64,000 nucleotides of DNA, taken from NCBI RefSeq assembly GCF_030028105.1, contig NC_092375.1:22295130-22359129 (forward strand), given 5' to 3'. Both the position numbers and the translations under genes were made by a program. Shown here one piece after another: positions 40,101 through 48,535 of this stretch (positions within the stretch are counted from its first letter, which is position 1; every line of letters begins with the position of its first letter). The DNA is from Mobula birostris (Eukaryota). The notes beneath the pieces are model-generated. The model did no database searches. It was not told the DNA's origin and was given only the letters and a program-made list of their open reading frames with translations.

Positions 40101-42666
40101 TTAAATTAAACTAAATCTATCTGCCTGCACATGATCCATCTTCCTCATTCTCTATATGTTAACCTAATACTATCCTCAAAAATCCTCAGAGTAAACCATG
40201 CAGATGAAAGGCAAATGGAGGTGGTCAATAAATAATGCCTTTGAATGAACAACATAGTAACAGATAGCTCTTCCAAAGAACAGATGTTGGTACAGTAGGA
40301 ATCAAATTATCTCCTTCTCTGCTGCAATATCCTTTGACTTCATTCAATTCAATTGGCCGCTTTCCAAGATGGCAGTGATTGGGTTCAAAGAATCAAAGAT
40401 TCAAAGTATATTTAGAACATAGAACATAGAACGTAGAAAATTTACACCCACAATGTTGTGCCGACCGTGAAACCTACTTTAGAAGCTGTCCAGAATTTTC
40501 CTATCGCATAGCCCTCTATTTTTCTAAGCTCCATGTACTTATCTCTTAAAAGACCCATTGTAGCTGCCTCTACCACCCGTCAGCACCGACCACTCTCTGT
40601 GTGAAAAGCTTCCCTCTGACATCCCCTTTGTACCTACTTCCAAGCACCTTAAAACTATGCCTCCTTGTGTTAGCCATTTCAGTTCTGGGAAAAAGCCTTT
40701 GTCTATATTCACGAGCAATGCCTCTCATCATCTTATAAATCAGGTCACCGCTCATCCTCCGTCGCCCCAAGGAGAAAAGGCCAAGTTCACTTAACCTGTT
40801 CTCAAAAGTATGCTCCCCAATCCAGGCAATCCTTGTAAATCTTTTCTGCACTCTCTCTATAGCATCCACATCCTTCCTGTAGTGAGGTGACTAGAACTGG
40901 TCATAGTACTCCAAGTGGGGTCTCACTAAGGTCTTATATAGCTGTAACATTACCACATGGCTCCTGAATTCAATCCCATGGTTGAAGGCCATCGTACCAT
41001 ACACCTTCTTAGCAACACTGTCAACCTGCACAGTAGCTTTGAGTGTCCTATGGACACAGACTCCAAGATCTCGCTGATCCTCCACACTGCCAAGAGTCTT
41101 ACCATTAATATAATATTCTGTCTCCAAATTTGACCTTCCAAAATGAACCACTTCACATTTAAAAATGCAAACACGAGGAATTCTGCAGATGCTGGAAATT
41201 CAAGCAACGCACATCAAAGTTGCTGGTGAACGCAGCAGGCCAAGCAGCATCTCTAGGAAGAGGTACAGTCAACGTTTCAGGCCAAGACCCTTCATCAGGA
41301 CTAACTGAAGGAAGAGCTAGTAAGAGATTTGAAAGTGGGAGTGGGAGGGGGACATCCGAAATGATAGGAGAAGACAGGAAGGGGAGGGATGGAGCCAAGA
41401 GCTGGACAGGTGATTGGCAAAAGGGATATGAGAGGATCATGGGACAGAAGGCCCAGGGAGAAAGAAGAGGGGGAGGAGGGGAAAACCCAGAGGATAGGCA
41501 AGGGGTATAGTGAGAGGGACAGAGGGAGAAAAAGGAGAGAGAGAGAAAGAATGTGTGTATATAAATAACGGATGAGGTATGAGGGGGAGGTGGGGCATTA
41601 GCAGAAGTTAGAGAAAATTAGCATGATGGCATGAACATTGACTTCTCTAACTTCCGCTAATGCCCCACCTCCCCCTCGTACCCCATCCGTTATTTATTTT
41701 TATACACACATTCTTTCTCTCACTCTCCTTTTTCTCCCTCTGTCCCTCTCACTATACCCCTTGCCCATCCTCTGGGTTTTTCCCCCCTCCCCCTTTTCTT
41801 TCTCCCTAGGCCTCCTGTCCCATGATCCTTTCATATCCTTTTTGCCAATCAAGTGTCCAGCTCTTGGCTCCATCCCGCTGCACCCCCCCCCAGTCTTCTC
41901 CTATCATTTTGGATCTCCCCCTCCCCCTCCCACTTTCAAATCTCTTACTAGCTCTTCCTTCAGTTAGTCCTGACGAAGGGTCTCGGCCTGAAACGTCAAC
42001 TGTACCTCTTCCTAGAGATGCTGCCTGGCCTGCTGCGTTCACCAGCAACTTTTATGTGTGTTCCCGTATTTGACTGCTACTTTTGTCCCTTATTTGGGAG
42101 TGAGAAAGTTGGCAACCCTACTTGAATACCATCCCCTCCCCCCCCCGTCCCCCCATCGGCTGGTCCGCAAGAATATTGTCAATATTAAACCAGTCCGCGG
42201 TGCAAAAAAGGTTGGGGACCCCTGGGTTAGGCAGCATCTGTTTTGTGCTGAAGGTTGCAACATGTCCAGATGGAAGACGTGAGGCTGTTCCTCAAGCTTA
42301 CATTGGGCATCATTATCGTAGTGTAGATGGCCATAGAAAGTTGGATCTGAGTGAATGGGATGGAGAACTAAAGTGGCAGGTAGCAAGGAATCATTCCTGT
42401 AGACTGATGCAGAAGGTGTTCTGCAAAGGTGGATAATTCAAACTTGGTGACAATCAATGTGCAATTGTTACAACAACTGATGATAGTCAAATAATAATTT
42501 GTATCCATTTACTACATGCATTGTAGTAACAAAGGAGAAATTTATTAAAAATGCTTGTGAAAATATAACAATGTAAGCTGTTCTTGATATTGTTTCATGG
42601 CCAGGTTTGACTTCACCCTACTGGATTAATACACGGTCTGAAGACAAGAGCAGCAATATCTTGGAG
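13200..42666 (+). CDS. IGSF5: Multi-exon gene (3' end not found) for a type-I membrane protein: signal peptide, V-type Ig, C2-type Ig, TM helix and cytoplasmic tail; IGSF5/JAM4-like
   Basis: Manual splicing of 7 exons (46+315+300+117+25+98+62 = 963 nt) with GT-AG junctions and compatible phases gives an open frame: MVAVTTHLVLFSLSLG VCLSTTIIAGPKDAFVLLNADAAFNCTVSVPWSVIIW...FTSELIISSV...VRCSIQ...AFLFVQ VDGSL...VVCKAEGWNPAPTISW...IICLAEIKALPQPKSAELSITVKP SGMDQTWLIIAIVVPIVVAILLIILIIVIVICIRRRKQD ETSYQNELK KMSMKQ...ENMG...YPS GLTSPYW... The D1 motifs GP.....L....A.FNCTV...W..I.W, PIIT..F, FTSE.II and RCS.Q match IGSF5 as I recall it. No database search was run. Confidence 0.85.
14952..15266 (+). CDS. 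IGSF5: Exon for the N-terminal V-type Ig domain
   Basis: Acceptor ttttag| at 14951 and donor G|GTCAGT at 15267; 315 nt, phase 1-1. Ig Cys (FNC, VRC) and Trp (IIW); sequons NCT, NYS, NMT. Confidence 0.93.
17121..17660 (+). mobile_element. Non-autonomous Tc1-derived element
   Basis: TA-flanked TIR cactcagtg..actttattaggtaca, and the Tc1 transposase N-terminal HTH remnant (M.RKCDLSDFD.GMIVG.R). The right end is interrupted by another repeat. Confidence 0.85.
17661..18060 (+). mobile_element. Interspersed repeat with an RTE-like 3' motif and (TAA)n tail; second copy at about 39610-39935(-)
   Basis: The motif ggcaatggcaaaccacttctgtggaaaaatttg is followed by a taa repeat, and a reverse-complement copy occurs at about 39610-39935. 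The RTE assignment is from memory. Confidence 0.55.
18895..19194 (+). CDS. IGSF5: Exon for the second (C2-type) Ig domain
   Basis: Acceptor ctcacag| at 18894 and donor T|GTAAGT at 19195; 300 nt, phase 1-1. Motifs VVCKAEGWNPAPTISW and IICLA; sequons NGT, NTT, NLT. Confidence 0.93.
20150..22360 (-). mobile_element. Decayed CR1 LINE with a younger CR1 3' fragment (about 20293-20675) inserted in its tail
   Basis: ORF 20367-20885 contains the CR1 C-terminal segment twice. RT motifs at 21321-21560 (GVPQG, FLDD). The older tail resumes at 20150-20292. Confidence 0.88.
23070..23641 (-). mobile_element. Non-autonomous Tc1-derived element, complete copy
   Basis: TA-flanked TIRs at both ends; ORF 23361-23573 reads MRKKCDLSDYGHAMIVGARQGGLSISETADLLRFSHTTVSRVYRE. 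Confidence 0.9.
24511..24627 (+). CDS. IGSF5: Transmembrane exon: (S)GMDQTWLIIAIVVPIVVAILLIILIIVIVICIRRRKQD
   Basis: Acceptor ttttacag| at 24510 and donor G|GTTAGT at 24628; 117 nt, phase 1-1. Long hydrophobic run followed by the stop-transfer RRRK. This frame is not in the ORF track. Confidence 0.9.
25621..25645 (+). CDS. IGSF5: 25-nt juxtamembrane micro-exon: (E)TSYQNEL(K)
   Basis: Strong polypyrimidine acceptor tttttcttttctttttag| at 25620 and donor AA|GTAAGT at 25646; converts phase 1 to phase 2, which is what the next exon needs. Confidence 0.85.
25916..27096 (+). mobile_element. 5'-truncated Penelope-like element with GIY-YIG endonuclease and 3' pseudo-LTR
   Basis: GVIYCVRCS*CGLLYIGETRRRLRDRFAEHLRSV...ATHFN...EEQHLIFRLGSLQPDGMNIDFSNFR*; flanked by the direct repeat GCAAGAATATT (25905-25915 and 27097-27107). 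Confidence 0.93.
26999..27036 (+). ncRNA. Minimal type-I hammerhead ribozyme motif in a Penelope pseudo-LTR
   Basis: TAGTC-CTGACGA-AGG gtctcgg CCT-GAAA-TGTC-GACTG: stem I TAGTC/GACTG, core CUGANGA, stem II, GAAA and a GUC cleavage triplet. C15.2 has changed to U. Confidence 0.72.
27160..30779 (-). mobile_element. Full-length but disabled hAT DNA transposon (SPIN/Buster/Charlie type, GTF2IRD2-like transposase)
   Basis: Perfect 15-bp TIRs CAGGGGTGTCAAACT (27160) and AGTTTGACACCCCTG (to 30779); 8-bp TSD gtttagag/gtttagac; subterminal GCGGGCCGGAT repeats. The transposase runs from ATG 30418 (MLSRKRKVD) through CLIC..KRHY, IAIDES, YHTEVRWLSRG and CEQAFS to the stop at 27760-27762, with frameshifts and stops. 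Confidence 0.96.
28013..28868 (-). mobile_element. Solo LTR (856 bp) inserted in the hAT transposase
   Basis: TG...CA termini (TGTCACG...CATCACA), exact 4-bp TSD ATAG (28009-28012 and 28869-28872), AATAAA on the minus strand at 28095-28100, and an internal (AT)n at about 28160-28192. Confidence 0.88.
30788..30863. mobile_element. Degenerate hAT MITE of about 80 bp; a related copy is at about 33225-33303
   Basis: Ends in ggttaggaaccc (hAT-type TIR) and is followed by a third copy of the target, gtttagag (30864-30871). Confidence 0.65.
31290..32840. mobile_element. Two CR1 3' fragments arranged tail to tail (31290-32030 on +, 32035-32840 on -)
   Basis: ORFs 31475-31837(+) and 32419-32679(-) both carry the R..LEY..QFWSP.YRK motif; opposing (catagaa) tails meet at about 32030. 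Confidence 0.9.
34406..34955 (+). mobile_element. Non-autonomous Tc1-derived element with an embedded Penelope-tail fragment (about 34520-34620)
   Basis: Same TIR and HTH remnant as the 23070-23641 copy. Confidence 0.8.
35244..35341 (+). CDS. IGSF5: Cytoplasmic exon: KMSMKQPFETTADGVENMGMSTESVNDSQYPS(G)
   Basis: Acceptor tcattcaag| at 35243 and donor G|GTAAGC at 35342; 98 nt, phase 2 to 1; keeps the frame open after the micro-exon. Confidence 0.8.
35473..35486. promoter_or_regulatory. Perfect palindromic RFX X-box GTTGCCATGGCAAC
   Basis: Exact match to the canonical RFX dimer site, in non-repeat intronic sequence about 130 bp after exon 35244-35341. Function not shown. Confidence 0.6.
35665..36070 (+). 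mobile_element. CR1 3' fragment
   Basis: LEFRRMRGDLIKTF-type C-terminus and a CR1 3'UTR, the same subfamily as the 915-1710 copy. Confidence 0.85.
36712..37281 (-). mobile_element. Non-autonomous Tc1-derived element with a double-TIR hairpin at one end
   Basis: Hairpin tcagtggccactttattaggtac-ctcct-gcacctaataaattggccactga at 36712-36772; HTH remnant on the minus strand. Confidence 0.88.
38991..39606. mobile_element. Mariner-derived MITE with five TIR copies
   Basis: TA-flanked TIR (c/t)gaggggcgattgataagtt..tggcctaaggtagaagga at both ends; transposase C-terminal remnant FYKEGIHMLHDCWTKCVNVG at 39475-39534. Confidence 0.88.
40420..41160 (-). mobile_element. CR1 3' fragment
   Basis: ORFs 40570-40869 and 40891-41151 contain RPHLEYY and LFSL.RRR. 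Confidence 0.88.
41266..41303 (-). ncRNA. Minimal type-I hammerhead ribozyme motif, core intact
   Basis: Minus strand reads TAGTC-CTGATGA-AGG gtcttgg CCT-GAAA-CGTT-GACTG, with a palindromic ACGU stem III and a GUU cleavage triplet. Confidence 0.78.
41965..42002 (+). ncRNA. Minimal type-I hammerhead ribozyme motif, stem I closing pair broken
   Basis: TAGTC-CTGACGA-AGG gtctcgg CCT-GAAA-CGTC-AACTG; the G-to-A change after the cleavage site sits at a CpG. Confidence 0.68.
42605..42666 (+). CDS. IGSF5: Probable cytoplasmic exon: (G)LTSPYWINTRSEDKSSNILE
   Basis: Acceptor tgtttcatggccag| at 42604 in phase 1 with an open frame; donor GAG|GTAGGT at 42667 (a second possible donor GTAATG at 42671); lies in non-repeat sequence. 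Confidence 0.6.
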
Positions 42667-42829
42667 GTAGGTAATGATGACTTGATTAACATGATGCTTT
42701 CATGTATAATCAGTCGGCTAAGTATCAAAGATCATGTCACGTCTGCCTGTTGGGAAAATAACAGCAAGATTATTAAAAGATATTTGGGTAACAAAATGTG
42801 TAGGATTATTCACAAATTTGAATCATTTA

Positions 42830-43745
42830 GATGTTGGTTATTTGTCATCTATATCAATGATCTTGATGATAATGTGGTTAACTGGATCAGCAAATTTGCA
42901 GATGACACCAAGATTGGGGGTGTAGTGGATGGTGAGGAAGGCTATCAGAGCTTGCAGCAGGATCTGGACCAGCTGGAAAAGTGGACTGAAAAATAGCAGA
43001 TGGACCTTATTGCAGACAAGTTTTGTACTTTAGTAGGACCAACCAGGGTAGGTCTTACACAGTGAATGACAGGGTACCGAGGAGTGCTACAGAACAAAGG
43101 ATCTGGGAATACAGGTCCATAATTCATTGAATGTAGCATCACAGGTAGATAGGGTTGTAGAGAAAGCTTTTGGCACATTGGCTTCATAAATCAAAGTATA
43201 GGAGATAGGATGTTATGTTGAAGTTGTATAAGATGTTGGTGAGGCCTAATTTGAAGTATTGTGTGCAGTTTTGGTCACCCACAGAGAACAATGAAAATAA
43301 GGTTGAAAGAGTACAGAGAAAATTTACAAGGATATTGCTGGTACTGGAGGACCTGAGCTATAAGGAAAGATTGATAGGGTAGGACTTTGTTCCTTGGAAT
43401 GTAGAAGATTAAAGGGGGATTTGATAGAGGCATACAAAATTATGAGGGGCATGGATATGGTAAATGCAAGCAGGCTTTTTCCACTGAGGATGGGTGGGAC
43501 GACAAGTAGAGGTCATGGGTTAAGGGTGGAAAGTGAAAGGTTTAAGGGGAACATGAGGGGAAACCTCTTCACCCTGAGGGTCGTGAGCATATGGACAGCA
43601 CAAGTGGTGCATGCAAGCTCGATTTCAATGTTTAAGAGAAGTTTGAATAGGTACATGGATGGTAGGGGTATAGAGGGCTATGGTCCCAGTGCAGGTCAAT
43701 AGGAGTAGGCAGTTTAAATGGTTCAGTATGGATTAGATGGGCTGA
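42830..43745 (+). mobile_element. CR1 3' fragment
   Basis: FVIYINDLD...KFADDTK, LECRRLKGDLIEAYK and a CR1 3'UTR. Confidence 0.9.
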
Positions 43746-45614
43746 AGTGCAGTGCTGGTGGACAATAAGGTTCAAAATCGTACGAGGTAGATTGTGAGGT
43801 CAAGATTCCATCTTATGGTGCTGAACCATTGAATAGTTTGATAACAGCAAGGAAGAAGCTGTCCTTGAGCCTGGTTCAGGCTTGTATCTTCTGCCCAGTG
43901 GGAAAGAGGAGAATACACAACATCCAGGCGGGCGGTGTCTTTGAGGTCGGGTGTGATGACTGGATGAACGGCGCTAGGATACTGAGTCACAGGGAGATTC
44001 CTCAGCCCAAATTTTTAGAGGCCTGGCAGGTCAGCTTTTGGCCTATCTGGTTTGCTCTGCCATTCCACAATGCCTGATTCATTATCCCTCTCAACCCCAC
44101 TCTCCTGCTTCCTTCCTATTTGCCTTGACACTCTTACTAATCAAGAACCTATGAACCTCTGCTTTAAAGGATCAGGCTGTTTTTTTACAACACTCCAACA
44201 GTTTCATAGTTACAATGCCTGGCACTACTAATTTATTTAGCATCTATTTAATTACTGGATTCAATCTTATTTCTCCAACTCAACAGCTCATACCTCTGGA
44301 TAATACTGTAATAACTTAACCACTGTGCTACAGGACCCAGTGAGTATTGGACTATTCCTTCTGCACCAAAAAGTGAAAGTCTTAATATATAGATTGATTA
44401 AATATCCTCACAAACAACAGAGGGAAAAGCCGAGAGGCAAGAGCCGTATAGTGATATAGGTTACAGCAAAGAGAATTGAATTAGAGACAGGAGTTTGAAT
44501 ACAACTATGGCTGGCAGAGAACTTCAATCCAAATAACCAAATTAAGCTGGTACTGAAAGAAAGGAAACCACGAATATCAACTTCTGGTAATTTTTTCCCA
44601 TTCCCTTTCTCTGTTTTCCCGTTCCCCATTCCAGCTTCCCACCTCTCTTCATCTGCTCATCACCTCCCTCTGGTGCGCCTCCTCATTCCCTTTCTCCCAC
44701 CATCCGCTCACATCTCCAAACAAGTTAATTCCTCTTCATACCTTTACCTCTTCCACATATTGCCTGTCAACTTCTCACTTCGTTCCCCCTCCCCTTATCT
44801 GCTTTCACCCGTCAGCTTGTATTCCTTGCCCTCCCGTCACCTTCTTAGGCAGGCTCTTTCCCCTTCCTTTCCAGTGCTGATGAAGGGCCTCAGCCCGAAA
44901 TGTTGACTTTTCATTCCTTTCCCTAGATGCTTCCTGGCCTATTGAGTTCCTCCAGCATTTTTTTGTGCTTCCTGCTCTGGATTTCCACCATCTTCAGGAT
45001 CTCTTGTCTTTATGAAGTTCATGAGTTGTTGGAGAACTATGCATTTCAGGAAAAGAAAATATCTTCACTGTTACAGGATTTGCGTGACTCCATCCACAAA
45101 CGTGATTAACATTTAACTGCCTCCTCAGGTTAGGAACTATTAGGGATGGGTGAGAAGTGACGGCATTGCCATAATAGTTGCACTTTACAAAGTACAAAAA
45201 CTGTAGGATCACAGGGATGGAGCAACTGACCTGCAAACCTTTCACAATAATGGTGCATTGTTATATCTCCTCTAAGGATCGTCACCTTGTCACGGTGGAG
45301 AGGTTTGTGAGTTCCTGACATCCTGAGAGTGATGCTGTCTCTGGTTAGGGTCATCCATGGTAGTAAGGAAAGGGGAATGTTCAAAACAAGGAGCTGTCTG
45401 ACCAAGACCTCAATGGTGAGGCTGGCAAAAGATGCTGACATATCGCCATGACAGTGAAGTTGGAGGATGGCTGCAGGTTTTAAGGAGCCCCAGACATCTT
45501 GCACTTCATGCCACAGGAGCCTGACTTCGATTTTGTCAGGGACCATGTGGTGGCTGCCTCCCACATTAAACAAAGTCACGCACAGGCGTTCTCCATTAAG
45601 GAAATCCACCTAAT

Positions 45615-45795
45615 GGTCCGGGTCCAGTATGAGCTGAAAGTCATCCAGCTGCAGCTCCAGTTCCTTAACATGGTGTCCAAAGAGCTGAAGCTCGATACAC
45701 TTTGTGCTGATGTAGTTATCGGGGAAACTGGAGGTCCCTGAGAGTCCCCACATCTTGCACAAAGAACATACCACTAATCCTGGACCCATTGTCAT
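45615..45795 (-). mobile_element. CR1 ORF1 N-terminal fragment
   Basis: VVCSLCKMW...TKCIELQLF...VKELELQLDD resembles the ORF1 start of the 7172-11420 element. Confidence 0.7.
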
Positions 45796-46989
45796 TGCAT
45801 TAGATATGTACTAATAGACAAAGAAAGAGGGAAAAAACCTTACTAGAAACTTACTTAGAACCTGTGCCTATGCTTGCGCAAGTCTATTCATGCCCAAACC
45901 TGTTCAGTTAATTCCTGAGCACTCTAACACTACTCCACTCCAACATTGGTCACTCCAACAATGGCTGCTCTGCTTACACCTTGCTTCTTTTTATTGGCCT
46001 TTACTGATGCCAGATCGATTGTTATGATCACAGGCTGCTGAAAATGAGAATTAGCAAGGAAACTTGGCACCAAGAGGATAATAAGTTGAAGAGCAAATGC
46101 TTAATCAGAGGTAACATTTAACAAAACTCTTAAGAAGCAGAGATAGAGAATCGGAGGGGGTAGGAAAAGAAATCTCATACAGGCGGGGAGGATTAGGAAG
46201 AGAATTCCAATAGCTTGAGCCTGGATAACTGAGGCGTCAGCCACCAATGAAATCCGAAAATGAAGGAACACAGAGGCCTTTGAGAGTTTTGAGGCTGGAA
46301 GAATTTATAGAGGAAGGAATAATCAAATCATGGTGCCATTTGTGTACAACACATGTGCAGGACAAATTATTGATAAATGAAGGAAGTTCAACCCAGTAGT
46401 GTACTAACATAGAACGAAGATCATTACAGCACAGTACGGTCCTTTGGCCTTACTCTAAGATCAATCCAACCCTTCCCTCCTACACACCCTCCATTTTTCA
46501 ATCATCCATGTGCTTATCTAAGAATTTCTTAACTGCTTTTACTGTATCTGCCTCTACCATCACCTCTGGCAGCGCATCTACCATTCCGTGTAAAACAAAA
46601 CTTACCTGATATCCCACATAAACTTTCCTCCAATCACCTTAAAATTATGCCCCTCATATTATCCATTTCCACCCTGGGAAAAAATCTCTGGCTGTTCACT
46701 CGATCTATTCCTCTTATCATCTTGTGCACTATTTTTTCTCTGACCAGTTATTTTTTATTTGAAGATACAGTGTAGTAACAGGCTCTTCTAGCCCAACGAG
46801 CCTGCGCCGCCCTCTATATCCATGTGACTGACTTTATACTTTATACTTTATTGTTGCCAAAGAACTGGTACTAGAATGTACAATCATCACAGCGATATTT
46901 GATTCTGCGCTCCACACTCCCTGGATTACAAATATTAAATATTAAAAATATTAAAAATGGTTAAAATTAGTAAATATTAAAAATTTAAA

Positions 46990-47410
46990 TTATAAATCAT
47001 AAATAGAAAATAGAAAAATGGAAAGTAAGGTAGTGCAAAAAAACCCGAGAGGCAGGTCTGGATATTTGGAGGGTACGGCCCAGATCCGGGTCAGGATCCG
47101 TTCAGCAGTCTTGTCACAGTTGGAAAGAAGCTGTTCCCAAATCTGGCTGTACAAGTCTTCAAGCTCCTGAACCTTCTCCTGGAGGGAAGAAGGACAAAAA
47201 GTGTGTTGGCTGGGTGGGTCGTGTCCTTGATTATCCTGGCAGCACTGCTCCGACAGTGTGCGGTGTAAAGTGAGTCCACGGACGGAAGATTGGTTTGTGT
47301 GATGTGCTGCGCCGTGTTCACGATCTTCTGCAGCTTCTTTCGGTCTTGGACAGGACAACTTCCATACCAGGTGTGATGCACCGTAGAAGAATGCTTTCTA
47401 CAGTTCATCT
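46990..47410 (-). mobile_element. Rex1/Babar-type LINE 3' fragment; smaller copies at about 24210-24330, 36450-36700, 37285-37425, 43770-43930, 48700-48920, 61470-61710
   Basis: AARIIKDTTHPANTLFVLLPSRRRFRS...RFGNSFFPTVTRLLN. Confidence 0.82.
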
Positions 47411-48336
47411 ATAAAAATTAGTGAGGGTTTTAGGGGACTGACCTATTAACCTGTAGATCTTCAGAATGTGGAGGAAACTGGAGCAGCGGGAGGAAACCTA
47501 CAGGGAGAACATGCAAACTCCTGACAGACAGCAGCTTAATTCAGCACAGGTCCCTGTACTGTAATAGGATTCCGCTAACTGCTAACTGCTGTTTAGATTC
47601 TTATCCTCAGATAAACTAACACACCTTTTAATATTTGGCATCATGCATTTGAGTAAAGTGCTATGAGTTACTCTGACTGCCAGCAAACAGTATTTCCATT
47701 CCAACCATAAAAAAAAATTAAATTATAACTTAATAAGCAGCAGTTCTTTTAATTATTACTGTAGGCCGATGGGCCTTGAAACACTTCGGAAAATGAATTG
47801 CACTTTGCAATTGCAATGGTAATTATGTGGGAAGTGTGGGCACTGTTCCCACCAAAAGCAAATGAGATGAGCAGGCCAATATCTGCTCTGCAGCAGCATT
47901 AACGGAGGGAGGAACTTGGGCTGAGATACTGCAGGAAATCCTTGCACTTCTTTGAGCAGCATATTCAGAGAAGATGCACCAAAGCAAATAGTCTTCATGT
48001 TCCATTTTAAATGAAGGACTTGGCCACGGATTGTACTTTTGCCCAGTTAGTTCATTGACCAGCAAAACAGTTTGGTAGAGCTGAATACTTGGGTTTCTCT
48101 ATCAGCTATTGCTCTTTCCTGTGCATTGTGCTTGCGGATTCCTCCCTCACGTCTTTAAGAAACTGAGTGAGTCAGTAAGTATTTGGAATATAAAAACAGG
48201 ATGTGCTGGGAAACCTCAGCGGGTCACACAGCATTGGTAGGAAAATAAATAGTGTTTCATAAGTGAGAAATCAAATTAAGATGCAGAGAGGATAGGGTAG
48301 AGATGGACAGGACAAAGTGAATATCTTTAAGGTGAG

Positions 48337-48535
48337 CAACACACATCAAAGTTGCTGGTGAGCACAGCAGGCCAGGCAGCATCTCTAGGAAGAGGTACAG
48401 TCGACGTGTCAGGGTCTCGGCCTGAAACGTCGACTGTACCTCTTCCTAGAAATGCTGCTCGGCCCACTGCGTTCACCAGCAACTTTGATGTGTGTTGCTT
48501 GAACTTCCAGCATCTGCAGAATTCCTCGTGCTTGC
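48337..48535. mobile_element. Fold-back Penelope-derived mini-element with a 14-bp target duplication
   Basis: 78-bp inverted arms (48336-48413 and 48421-48498) around the loop gtctcgg; direct repeat ATCTTTAAGGTGAG at 48323-48336 and 48536-48549. Confidence 0.88.

Larger units (their letters stand above)
41167..42060. mobile_element. Two Penelope pseudo-LTRs in inverted orientation (41167-41615 on -, 41643-42060 on +)
   Basis: Both arms match the 3' end of the 25916-27096 element; centred at about 41629 with a spacer of about 27 nt. Confidence 0.92.

Noticed and set aside
40350-40385. CCAAT-like and YY1-like (CAAGATGGC) motif cluster
   Set aside because: Short motifs expected by chance, with no other promoter evidence.
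42607-42996. 129-aa ORF appearing to fuse host sequence with an RT motif
   Set aside because: This is read-through of the exon frame past the 42667 donor into an intronic CR1 fragment; there is no evidence of exonisation.
44421-44459. Possible terminal exon caacag|REKPRGKSRIVI*
   Set aside because: No polypyrimidine tract and no Ser/Thr at the -2 position of the C-terminus; could be chance.
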